Virus record (IMG/VR): IMGVR_UViG_3300024346_000007
Reading direction: 5' to 3' (one strand)
Length of the DNA stretch: 64,000 nt
From: a virus
Shown here: piece after piece, positions 56,488 to 64,000 of the stretch
Layout: every line of letters starts with the position of its first letter
How positions within the stretch are numbered: position 1 is the stretch's first letter
The notes under the pieces: model-generated
The model's database searches: none
Seen by the model: the letters and a program-made list of their open reading frames with translations, nothing else
Told to the model about the DNA's origin: nothing
Program-made: the position numbers and the translations under genes

Positions 56488-56495
56488 AAATTAAT

Positions 56496-56525
56496 TTTGC
56501 CATATAGAAAAAATTACTACATTTG
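56496..56525 (+). promoter_or_regulatory. Bacteroidota-type promoter
   Basis: TTTG(56496-56499)-N18-TACATTTG(56518-56525), 4 nt before the ATG at 56530. Confidence 0.6.
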
Positions 56526-56529
56526 CTAT

Positions 56530-57018
56530 ATGGAAAGGATAACAGAATTAGAAGCAAAGTACTATAGAAAGCTAAAGTCCGAAACGGATTTCAGGTATAA
56601 TATGGATCAAGCTATAGCATTTACCCTAACTAAGCTAGAAGATGGTTGGGATAAAGTAACTTACTATGGAGAATCTTGGATAGATCCTACAAATTCTGTA
56701 CATAAACCTCATTACATATATGTTTTGGTTAACCCAAGTGTACCAGGAATCTGCAAAATAGGATACACAACAACCACTGTTTATGACAGATGTAGACAAA
56801 TAAATACTGCTACAGGAGTAATAGTTCCGTGGTATCCGGTTTTTGCTTATAAGTGCCCTAGCGGACCTCTACTAGAGAGAGATATTCATGCTAACTTAGA
56901 AAAATTAGGCAAAAGAATAAATTTAAAAAGAGAAGGATTCGAAATAACCTCTATAGATGCTATAAAAATAATAGAATCTTTAGGAGATTCATACAAAAAT
57001 ATTAAAGAAAATGAGTGA
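56530..57018 (+). CDS. T5orf172/GIY-YIG-like domain protein (start revised to 56530)
   Basis: YIYVLVNPSVPGICKIGYTT...RQINTATGV...LERDIH...REGF; promoter position favours the MERITEL start. Confidence 0.8.
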   Translation: MERITELEAKYYRKLKSETDFRYNMDQAIAFTLTKLEDGWDKVTYYGESWIDPTNSVHKPHYIYVLVNPSVPGICKIGYTTTTVYDRCRQINTATGVIVPWYPVFAYKCPSGPLLERDIHANLEKLGKRINLKREGFEITSIDAIKIIESLGDSYKNIKENE

Positions 57019-57286
57019 TACTTACAAAGAATTGCAGCAAAATCTTAATGAAATCATTGATTTATCTGATAATTTAGAGCTAACATTGTTTACTTTCGAG
57101 CTATTAGACTGTATTTGGGCTGATATTATTGAGGAAGATAATGAAGAAATCACCAATTCTTTGATAGAAGCCTATGCAAATGAGGTCAGAAACTCAATAG
57201 AAATAATGAATCCTGACCTCAAAATTGATATAGAAACTCTTGAAAAAGTACTAAGAGAGCTAGATTTTTATCTAGAAACTAATTAA
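57011..57286 (+). CDS. Acidic hypothetical protein
   Basis: 91 aa, overlaps the upstream stop. Confidence 0.6.
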   Translation: MSDTYKELQQNLNEIIDLSDNLELTLFTFELLDCIWADIIEEDNEEITNSLIEAYANEVRNSIEIMNPDLKIDIETLEKVLRELDFYLETN

Positions 57287-58065
57287 AAAGACCTAACCGA
57301 TCTAACATAGTAGAAAGAAGATTTGTTAGAAGTTCCTTGAGCCCCGTTTACAAAGCTTTGAATACTTGCATTAACATCTGATGCCTCAGTGGAAGACCAA
57401 TAGTCATCACTGGCAAAATTACCAATTGCTACTCTGTTTATATATAGTTTATTTAATTCATCCTTAGAAGGTAAATACCAATCACTATACCCTCCTTCCA
57501 CTAAGTCACCAGAACGCCTTGCAGCAATAGTCGACGTTGCGCAACCTGCCATTATATCGATTGTATTTTGATTACCCGTACCTAGTATAATCCCATCAGC
57601 TCCTGAAATTAAAGTGCCCTGACAACCCCATGAAGCACCGGTAGACGTATCAGAAACAGTAGCCACTAATCCGTGTTGCTCCCCTCCTACGTATCCAGGA
57701 TCCCCTGATTGTAGTATATAAGCAATTTTACCTCCCAAGGCAGAATCTCCAATAGAATATGATGGAACTGGTGTAGCAGTAGGCGTACTAGTTGGTGTAG
57801 AAGTTGGTGTGGGTGTAGGTGTGGCTGACGGCTCTACTACAACAGGAGATGTATTAGAGCTACTATTATCTTGAGGAGCAACTATTGCAGAACTCAAAGT
57901 CAAAGACTCTGCGTTATATCCAGAAGAAACTCCTGTTTCTGTAGAAAATCCTGGCTTATAAAGAGATTTTTTTTGAGATAGGTCTGTTGGTTTTCTCAAT
58001 ACGTTTATCTTCCTATTATCTACATCTTCTTTAAAAAGCTGAGATTTTAAATCTTCTAACGCCAT
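57283..58065 (-). CDS. DUF1566/Lcl-like domain protein with Thr-Pro linker
   Basis: GYSDWYLPSKDELNKLY, YWSSTE, VRSVRSF; PSATPTPTPTSTPTSTPTATP linker. Confidence 0.8.
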   Translation of the reverse strand: MALEDLKSQLFKEDVDNRKINVLRKPTDLSQKKSLYKPGFSTETGVSSGYNAESLTLSSAIVAPQDNSSSNTSPVVVEPSATPTPTPTSTPTSTPTATPVPSYSIGDSALGGKIAYILQSGDPGYVGGEQHGLVATVSDTSTGASWGCQGTLISGADGIILGTGNQNTIDIMAGCATSTIAARRSGDLVEGGYSDWYLPSKDELNKLYINRVAIGNFASDDYWSSTEASDVNASIQSFVNGAQGTSNKSSFYYVRSVRSF

Positions 58066-58075
58066 GGGTTATAGA

Positions 58076-58795
58076 TTAATAGTAGTTCAGTATAAGAGTA
58101 GCTCCTTGTAAAAATCCCTGATCACCGCCGGCAAAGTCTTGAATATATAAAGACCAAGTACCGTTAGTGGCAGCTTGTGGAAGTCCTCCGAAATTAGCGA
58201 ACCCAACTGGGAGACCACTGCTGGTTATTTCAAAAGGGCAAGGGTTTGAGAAATTCACTAAGGCATATGTTGGAGAATCTTTAAAATACCCAGATGAATA
58301 GCCATCCCATATAGAAGCTGTAGTGTTGTTAGTTATAGTAACGCTAGAGCTGACAGCATCGCTACTTCCGCCAATATTACCAGCTACTACTGCAAAACTA
58401 CCAGTAATACTTCCAGATACAGGAGACACTAGAAGCATAGCAACATCTCCAACCCAGGTATGACTGTAGTTAGTAAGAGTTAATCCTATTGATGATAGAC
58501 TTTGACTAGGAGCATTGCTTACCACAAAAGTAATAGGGTAAACTGAAGCAGTGGCTCTATCATTAATAGCTATGTTGGACTGAGAAGAGGTGTATGAAAA
58601 AGATCCTGACACAGGAGTGTATGTACCGCCACCAGCACTAGGCCCTACATAAGGGGCTGATACTATTGGAGCTTGGGATAAAGCTGATGTGTCTATTTGA
58701 GTTCTTGTAGTTCCAAAATTAAAATTACCACTAGATACGCCTGTTGGAGGAGATACTTTCGGTTTTAATAGGGATTTCTTATCTGCTAATGCCAT
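58076..58795 (-). CDS. Proprotein-convertase P-domain protein (start revised to 58795)
   Basis: HTWVGDVAMLLVSP...NGTWSLYIQDFAGGDQG; late motif at 58811-58819 supports the MALADKK start. Confidence 0.75.
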   Translation of the reverse strand: MALADKKSLLKPKVSPPTGVSSGNFNFGTTRTQIDTSALSQAPIVSAPYVGPSAGGGTYTPVSGSFSYTSSQSNIAINDRATASVYPITFVVSNAPSQSLSSIGLTLTNYSHTWVGDVAMLLVSPVSGSITGSFAVVAGNIGGSSDAVSSSVTITNNTTASIWDGYSSGYFKDSPTYALVNFSNPCPFEITSSGLPVGFANFGGLPQAATNGTWSLYIQDFAGGDQGFLQGATLILNYY

Positions 58796-58863
58796 TTTAC
58801 TATATTTGTATATAAATATAAAAAAAGATTGAAATACCAAATATTTATATAAAAGAATTAGTC

Positions 58864-58992
58864 ATGGCAAAAGCAAAAGGCGGCGGAACAGCAGTTAAGG
58901 TAACTTTTGGAAAACGTAGGTTAGGAGTAGCAAAAAAATCATTTAACAAACACAGCCCAAGACCAAAAGCATATAGAGGACAAGGGAGGTAG
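58864..58992 (+). CDS. Small basic YRGQGR-tail protein (42 aa, not in ORF track)
   Basis: MAKAKGGGTAVKVTFGKRRLGVAKKSFNKHSPRPKAYRGQGR*; ATATTTATA motif at 58841-58849. Confidence 0.75.
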   Translation: MAKAKGGGTAVKVTFGKRRLGVAKKSFNKHSPRPKAYRGQGR

Positions 58993-59006
58993 TAAAAACA
59001 AAACCC

Positions 59007-59117
59007 ATGGATTTACCAGGGCTATTAATATTTGGAAGCCTAATATTGCTTACAATAGTAGCAGGGATGTCTACATGGTATGACTACTATAAAAAAAAGA
59101 AAGATTCACCTAAGTGA
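59007..59117 (+). CDS. Small single-pass membrane protein (36 aa, not in ORF track)
   Basis: MDLPGLLIFGSLILLTIVAGMSTWYDYYKKKKDSPK*; fills the gap before a convergent gene. Confidence 0.55.
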   Translation: MDLPGLLIFGSLILLTIVAGMSTWYDYYKKKKDSPK

Positions 59118-59121
59118 ATTG

Positions 59122-59397
59122 CTAGGCTTCCTTTTTTACAGCCAGTCTAAAATCAGATAATTGATTTTGCATTTTAAGGATACTATTAGATAAGTCAGAT
59201 ATTGCATCATAAGACTTTTCATCATCCCCGTATTTTGATTCCAGCCTAGATATAGCTTTATAAGACTTCTCTAAGTCTTGTTCAAGTTTATCAACAACCT
59301 GTGGCTGATTGATAAAATCATCAATAGTAATGGAAAGAAAGCGGTTATTAAGCATATCCGCAATCTTTCTAGAATTTTGTATTTCTTGATTTTCCAA
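59122..59397 (-). CDS. Hypothetical coiled-coil protein
   Basis: 91 aa ORF in operon. Confidence 0.6.
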   Translation of the reverse strand: MENQEIQNSRKIADMLNNRFLSITIDDFINQPQVVDKLEQDLEKSYKAISRLESKYGDDEKSYDAISDLSNSILKMQNQLSDFRLAVKKEA

Positions 59398-59402
59398 TTA
59401 AA

Positions 59403-60476
59403 TTACTTTAATAAGTTAATATTGACTTTGAATCCTTTATATCCCAAAGACTCATAATAGTTACCTATTTCCTCAAATCCCTTTAACCAGTTACCGTCTC
59501 CTATGTAATTAATTATTTCTTTTGATTTCTTAGGAAAGTTAGAAAGTTTATAGTCTTCCGGATGATCATAGTATTGATTGAAATCATAAACATCCATGAC
59601 TTTATAACCAGTTTCGGTTTCTATTATCCTGGCATTACCTAATAGAAGGCTAAGTTTAGTGTAGATGCTTTTTAAATTGGTCTGATCCAATCCAAACGTC
59701 TTTTTATCTCCAAAATTTAATCTATCCTTCTGGTCAGTCTCCTTGTTAAGATCATTAGCTACTTCATAAAAACTTGTTGAACCTTTGCTAGTGTACTTTT
59801 TAGGATTGCTAAGAGCCTTCTCAACCATTATCTTAAGAGCATCCTTTTCATCCTTTTTAAGATCTTTCTGAGTGAAGTCAGCTTTTCTAAGAGTAACAAA
59901 CTCTTTAAAAGCCCTACCGTGCACATTAGTTTCTGCAAATTTATTTGCCATCATGTTTCCTGCAATACCTCCTATCAATACACCGCCTATAATAAGTTTT
60001 TTAAGTTTAGATCCAATACCTAGCTTAGAAAGTTTTTGTCTAAATTTACTTTTTTGTTCTGTAGGAACTTTTGGGTCTACAAAGAACTTAAATACTTTCT
60101 CATCATAATTCTTAGCAGATTCTGCATCTTTCTTACCAAGAACGTTCCAGTTAACAATCTTATCCTGAATAAAGTACTTCAATTCAGGTTTGCCTCCGTC
60201 TTTAGGAACGTCGTATGCAAGGAGAAACTTATTTCCACCCTTGTCAGTAACCTTAACAGCTTCTATAGAATACCAACCCTTTTTAGACTTAGGATCTCCT
60301 TGATAATAGATGCTTACCTTTTTTTTATCGGCAATCATCTTTTTAGCAGTGGAATCATCCAAAGGAGCTTCCAAAAGCAAATCAAAGAAACTAACTCTCT
60401 CCGGGGAGGAGAAAGCTTCATTGATAGGCATACTTTCTATAAGGGATACAAACAGATGTTGTTTATATGATACCAC
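59403..60476 (-). CDS. WYL-like domain protein with central hydrophobic helix
   Basis: IADKKKVSIYY...SIEAVKV...FLLAYD...LKYFIQDKI resembles the WYL SH3-like pattern; LIIGGVLIGGIAG segment. Confidence 0.5.
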   Translation of the reverse strand: MVSYKQHLFVSLIESMPINEAFSSPERVSFFDLLLEAPLDDSTAKKMIADKKKVSIYYQGDPKSKKGWYSIEAVKVTDKGGNKFLLAYDVPKDGGKPELKYFIQDKIVNWNVLGKKDAESAKNYDEKVFKFFVDPKVPTEQKSKFRQKLSKLGIGSKLKKLIIGGVLIGGIAGNMMANKFAETNVHGRAFKEFVTLRKADFTQKDLKKDEKDALKIMVEKALSNPKKYTSKGSTSFYEVANDLNKETDQKDRLNFGDKKTFGLDQTNLKSIYTKLSLLLGNARIIETETGYKVMDVYDFNQYYDHPEDYKLSNFPKKSKEIINYIGDGNWLKGFEEIGNYYESLGYKGFKVNINLLK

Positions 60477-61138
60477 TATTTTCTGTTTATACGATTATAA
60501 GCTTCTTGTAATCCAGGAATAATAGCAGCAGCGTCTTTCTTGTCTACAGAAGTTACATCGAGAACATCTTCTCCATCTGCTTTCTTCTTTCCAGATAATT
60601 GATCTAGTTTTTGGAAAATAACATTCCAACCAGACTTAGTTTCCAAGTCCTTCATTGAAGGTTCTTTCTTTATAATTTCACGAATAATATCTTCTATTGC
60701 CATTGCAAGATCTGCGTAAGTAGATATACTAGAATTTAATCTGGTTAAAACACCAGAAGGCAGTTCCATTTTATTATCGTCATATGCCTCATTTACATTA
60801 GCAATAGTCATAGCACTGTTTAAATTAGTCATTTGATTATCTTTAAATTTAAAATCAAACTTCATAAATGATTTCATTGTCATACCGTTAAAAATTTCAC
60901 CTTTTATGCTATCTATGTTTCCGGCACTATCTCTAGACATGTTATATGAAATATCAGATTTTTTAAGTTCTGGATATTTCTTTATAATAGCTTCTCCTAC
61001 TTTTTTTACCTCATCAGGCATTGATTTGTCTAATAGTTCAGCAACATAGCCTTCAAAATAATCTTTAAATTCATCAGAATTATTTTCAGCAATTTTAGCA
61101 GCAATTTCTGCTATTCGTGTTTTAAAGTCTTTTTTCAT
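60476..61138 (-). CDS. Hypothetical protein, possible internal head protein
   Basis: 220 aa; late motif at 61157-61165; RIAE/VNE/LQE sites. Confidence 0.65.
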   Translation of the reverse strand: MKKDFKTRIAEIAAKIAENNSDEFKDYFEGYVAELLDKSMPDEVKKVGEAIIKKYPELKKSDISYNMSRDSAGNIDSIKGEIFNGMTMKSFMKFDFKFKDNQMTNLNSAMTIANVNEAYDDNKMELPSGVLTRLNSSISTYADLAMAIEDIIREIIKKEPSMKDLETKSGWNVIFQKLDQLSGKKKADGEDVLDVTSVDKKDAAAIIPGLQEAYNRINRK

Positions 61139-61164
61139 TTTAGTTTTGTTATATACTATAAATA

Positions 61165-62001
61165 TTAATTAATCTCGGAAGCGAACCTCTTTAAAAATCT
61201 TTTATATAATGTAGGCTTAGTAGACCATGTTTTTATAATAGATAGGTCTCTTTTAAAATCTGCTAATATAGCATTCCAATTATCTTGGTTCCACTCTCTT
61301 GAGCTAAATAACCAACCAGTGCCTAGCAATTCATCATCATTAAGAATGTCATCTATAGACTTAGTCCTTATCTCAGAAAAAAGCTTAAGCATGTCCTGTT
61401 TAAATTTCTTTTTGTTTCCTACCTTACCAAAAGACTTAGAAAGCTTGTTTATAAGAGGAGTGGTGAAAGCATCAAACTCCCAAGGGGATTTAATATACTT
61501 TTCCATATTCTTATCTAGCTCACTCTTCTGGTTAGGGTTTGATTTAGATAGAACAAACTTACTGCCGGAGGGCTCCGCTCCTTTTTTAGCATATTCTCTT
61601 CCAAACAGCTTCACGTCTCTAACTTTAGGATCCATAGCATGGACAAGCTCATGCTCTCCAAGCTCCAAAAAATCCTCTTTATCTCCAAAATAAGCTAAAT
61701 TAACTAGCATTATATCCTTACGGGTATCCATCCTACCAGCTCCAGCATCCTCTGGATTATTATAAAATCCTACAGATACGTTAACATCTTGTCCCTTAAG
61801 GTCTTTTATTTTTATGGCTTCTTTGTACTGAGAGGGTATATAAGGATCATTATACTCCTTAGGGGACTTATTTGAAATATCCTGTATATTCTTATCGATG
61901 TAGTTATAGATATCCTCTAGCATATCAAGGGCACTCTCAGGCACCTTAACAATCTTAGACTCAGATACAATCTCTTTTAGTATGTCAATTAATTTAATCA
62001 T
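61165..62001 (-). CDS. HExxH metallopeptidase-like protein with MIKLIDILKE leader (start revised to 62001)
   Basis: GEHELVHAMD...YIKSPWEFDAF; ATG overlaps the upstream stop (ATGATTAA). Confidence 0.7.
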   Translation of the reverse strand: MIKLIDILKEIVSESKIVKVPESALDMLEDIYNYIDKNIQDISNKSPKEYNDPYIPSQYKEAIKIKDLKGQDVNVSVGFYNNPEDAGAGRMDTRKDIMLVNLAYFGDKEDFLELGEHELVHAMDPKVRDVKLFGREYAKKGAEPSGSKFVLSKSNPNQKSELDKNMEKYIKSPWEFDAFTTPLINKLSKSFGKVGNKKKFKQDMLKLFSEIRTKSIDDILNDDELLGTGWLFSSREWNQDNWNAILADFKRDLSIIKTWSTKPTLYKRFLKRFASEIN

Positions 62002-62596
62002 TAGGGTAATCAAAGATTTTATCATGTCCAGGAACAGGAAGTTCCCCTTTATAGAAAACAGTCATGTTAAACCCTTGTCTTTTGAAACTATACCCTGGAG
62101 CCTTATTAATCATAGACTGAACCATCATATCATAGATACGATCCCTCTTAGTCATCACAGAAGCCCCTGGAGTTTCCTTGCCGGAAACAATACCGCTGTA
62201 GGATAAAGACTCAGGCTTAAACCTCTCTATGAAAGCAAGAATGATCTTAGCAACAGTAAACAACACAGCAACAGCATCAAACTCCTCAGTCTCCCCAACC
62301 TCCGGCTTATCAAAGGAATAAGCCATAACATCCTCATCATCTTCTTTAGAGATAGGATCAAAAGAAATCTCTGTCTCCCATTTAAAGTCTGGGCTATTCT
62401 TAAAGTAGGTAGATTCAAAAGTAACCTCGTACTCCGTACCCTTTTTATTCTCAAAGGTATAAGTCACAAAGTTCTTACTAGGACTAATAGTCTCTACCTC
62501 TGGCTCACTAAAGGAGTAGGTATTCTCCCCAACTTCTTTTAAGAGACGGGTCTCTTCTTTGAGAGATTCCTTAAACAAATCCAATAGCTTTATCAT
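61994..62596 (-). CDS. Hypothetical protein with MIKLLDLFKE leader (start revised to 62596)
   Basis: Late motif at 62602-62610 immediately precedes this ATG. Confidence 0.7.
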   Translation of the reverse strand: MIKLLDLFKESLKEETRLLKEVGENTYSFSEPEVETISPSKNFVTYTFENKKGTEYEVTFESTYFKNSPDFKWETEISFDPISKEDDEDVMAYSFDKPEVGETEEFDAVAVLFTVAKIILAFIERFKPESLSYSGIVSGKETPGASVMTKRDRIYDMMVQSMINKAPGYSFKRQGFNMTVFYKGELPVPGHDKIFDYPND

Positions 62597-62791
62597 ATAG
62601 GTATAAATATATAAAAACCGCCAGGTCGCGCGAACCACATACAATATATTTTATATATACAACAACAACGAACAGTAAGAAACAAGCCCCAAACAGCCCC
62701 TAAAGGAACCGGGGAATACAAATATTAGCCCACGGTAAGCAAAGAGCTTCAGAGGGCTGTATTCAATCCTCAGAGGCCTTATAGAAATGTG

Positions 62792-63226
62792 CTAGTAAAG
62801 ATTCTCTTTTTTAAGACAGTACCTGAACTTGTTTCCTTGTATTGTAATTTTTTCAACTTCAAAAAGACTATTTAGGCGTTTCCAAACATTGCTAGCTTCT
62901 GAGCTAACAAATGAGGAAGGCTTCCCATCCTCCCTAAACTCACCTGAACACACGCTGCCTAGTGTTTCTGCTAGCTTTACGTATGTAGGCACAGCATAGG
63001 ATTTACCCCTAAATTCCGGGTCTATAAAGATTGTATGGACCACATTATCCACCCCGTCTATATCTTTGATAACCATGGCTCCTATATTATCGGATGTTTT
63101 TTTATCTACTATATTAAACCCATTTCCGGAATACTTTTTTTCAACATCACTAAAAGGAACTAACTCTACCTCTGGGTAAGAGGACCCTAGCTTAGAAAGT
63201 TCTAACAACATCTCTAGTAGTTTCAT
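62792..63226 (-). CDS. GNAT-family acetyltransferase with MKLLEMLLE leader
   Basis: IFIDPEFRGKSYA acetyl-CoA motif A; ASNVWKRL. Confidence 0.75.
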   Translation of the reverse strand: MKLLEMLLELSKLGSSYPEVELVPFSDVEKKYSGNGFNIVDKKTSDNIGAMVIKDIDGVDNVVHTIFIDPEFRGKSYAVPTYVKLAETLGSVCSGEFREDGKPSSFVSSEASNVWKRLNSLFEVEKITIQGNKFRYCLKKENLY

Positions 63227-63331
63227 CTATAAGCTTTTAAGGACCTGATGATTTAGATCTATTCTTTTCTTGGTCTTCTTGCCGGACCTATGAGACTTCA
63301 TGGGCCTGGGCTTTGGTTTTGCGTTTGCCAT
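63227..63331 (-). CDS. Small basic protein (34 aa, not in ORF track)
   Basis: MANAKPKPRPMKSHRSGKKTKKRIDLNHQVLKSL*; exactly abuts both neighbouring genes. Confidence 0.65.
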   Translation of the reverse strand: MANAKPKPRPMKSHRSGKKTKKRIDLNHQVLKSL

Positions 63332-63967
63332 TTATTTGTTTTTTAGAATGTCTTTTGTAATATTAAAAAATGATGATATATTAGAAAGATCCTTAAAAGC
63401 AGATGGTTTTCTCTTATTAGGATCAAAATTCCTGAATTTTTCAACGTCTTGTTTATTGCCTAATATATGAATCTGCTTTGGATCAAACACAGCAATTGAG
63501 GTTCCTTCTTGTTGGCCATAGTCCTTTCCTATAACAGCGTCATGTCCTTTAATTTCGCTTTTAATCCTTCTAGGATCGGTATAATCACCGCTTACGTAAA
63601 CATCGTCTGGAACGTCTGATAGGGGCTTAGGGGCCATGTATGGAGACTTAACATCAACAACAGCATAAACAACCATCTTTTTATATTTCACTTTTTCCGC
63701 ATAATCCTTAGAAGTGCTAAAATAAACTATATACCCTTTAAAAGAATTGTCTTTATGTATGATATCTTTAGAGATGCTACTATGGTAAACAATGTCTTTG
63801 ATCTTGCTACTAGGGAATATAGTAGCCAAGTAATCTGAATATAGATCTATAGTACCAATCTCTGCTAGTTCTGGATGGGTATCAAATAAATCCCCAATAG
63901 CGGCAAAATCATCAAAAGGCTGCTTTGCTTCTCTCAACACCTCAAGCAATATATCAATAAGCTTCAT
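63332..63967 (-). CDS. ADP-ribosyltransferase-like protein (ART-PolyVal type) with MKLIDILLE leader
   Basis: VYHSS...YFSTSKDYA...VDVKSP...GHDAVI...IAVFDPKQI. Confidence 0.65.
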   Translation of the reverse strand: MKLIDILLEVLREAKQPFDDFAAIGDLFDTHPELAEIGTIDLYSDYLATIFPSSKIKDIVYHSSISKDIIHKDNSFKGYIVYFSTSKDYAEKVKYKKMVVYAVVDVKSPYMAPKPLSDVPDDVYVSGDYTDPRRIKSEIKGHDAVIGKDYGQQEGTSIAVFDPKQIHILGNKQDVEKFRNFDPNKRKPSAFKDLSNISSFFNITKDILKNK

Positions 63968-64000
63968 TTTTTCCGGAAAAATTTTAAATTGGTATATAGA

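Noticed and set aside
57283-58065. Diversity-generating retroelement target (DUF1566/CLec-like C-terminus)
   Set aside because: No reverse transcriptase or template repeat was seen in this window; cannot be excluded elsewhere in the genome.
56497-62644. ORF-track starts at 56497, 58840, 62025 and 62644
   Set aside because: Promoter motifs and shared leaders support starts at 56530, 58795, 62001 and 62596.
1-64000. Alternative genetic code (stop-codon reassignment)
   Set aside because: Core genes are full length and tightly packed under the standard code; TAA, TAG and TGA all end genes.
1-64000. tRNA/rRNA genes, tail sheath, tail tube and tape-measure genes
   Set aside because: None recognisable in this window; the tail genes presumably lie outside it.

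Overview
This 64 kb window is the virion-morphogenesis region of a large, AT-rich T4-like (myovirus-type) phage, almost all on the minus strand. From right to left it holds small effector-like genes, a gp55-like late sigma factor, a baseplate module, a glycosylation island, primase, a block of small head-associated and lysis genes, terminase, portal, prohead protease, scaffold, major capsid protein, PhoH, neck and tail-completion genes, and a very long Gly-Ser/Thr-repeat fibre gene that runs off the left edge. TTTG-N18/19-TAnnTTTG promoters and a Gln+1 signal peptide point to a Bacteroidota host (inference). Three systems stand out. (1) A candidate phage-encoded mucin-type O-glycosylation system: GT60, GT4, GT25, GT11, FkbM and Glf genes are bracketed by three Thr-Pro mucin-like proteins and appear to have split a virion gene in two. 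(2) At least nine otherwise unrelated proteins (ART-like, GNAT, HExxH protease, Cys-rich and others) share an N-terminal MxKLxDILxE tag resembling a capsid-targeting, prohead-protease-cleaved leader. (3) A strand-specific late-promoter candidate, ATATTTAT(A), is the reverse complement of the T4 late promoter. All family calls come from motifs recognised by eye; no searches were run.
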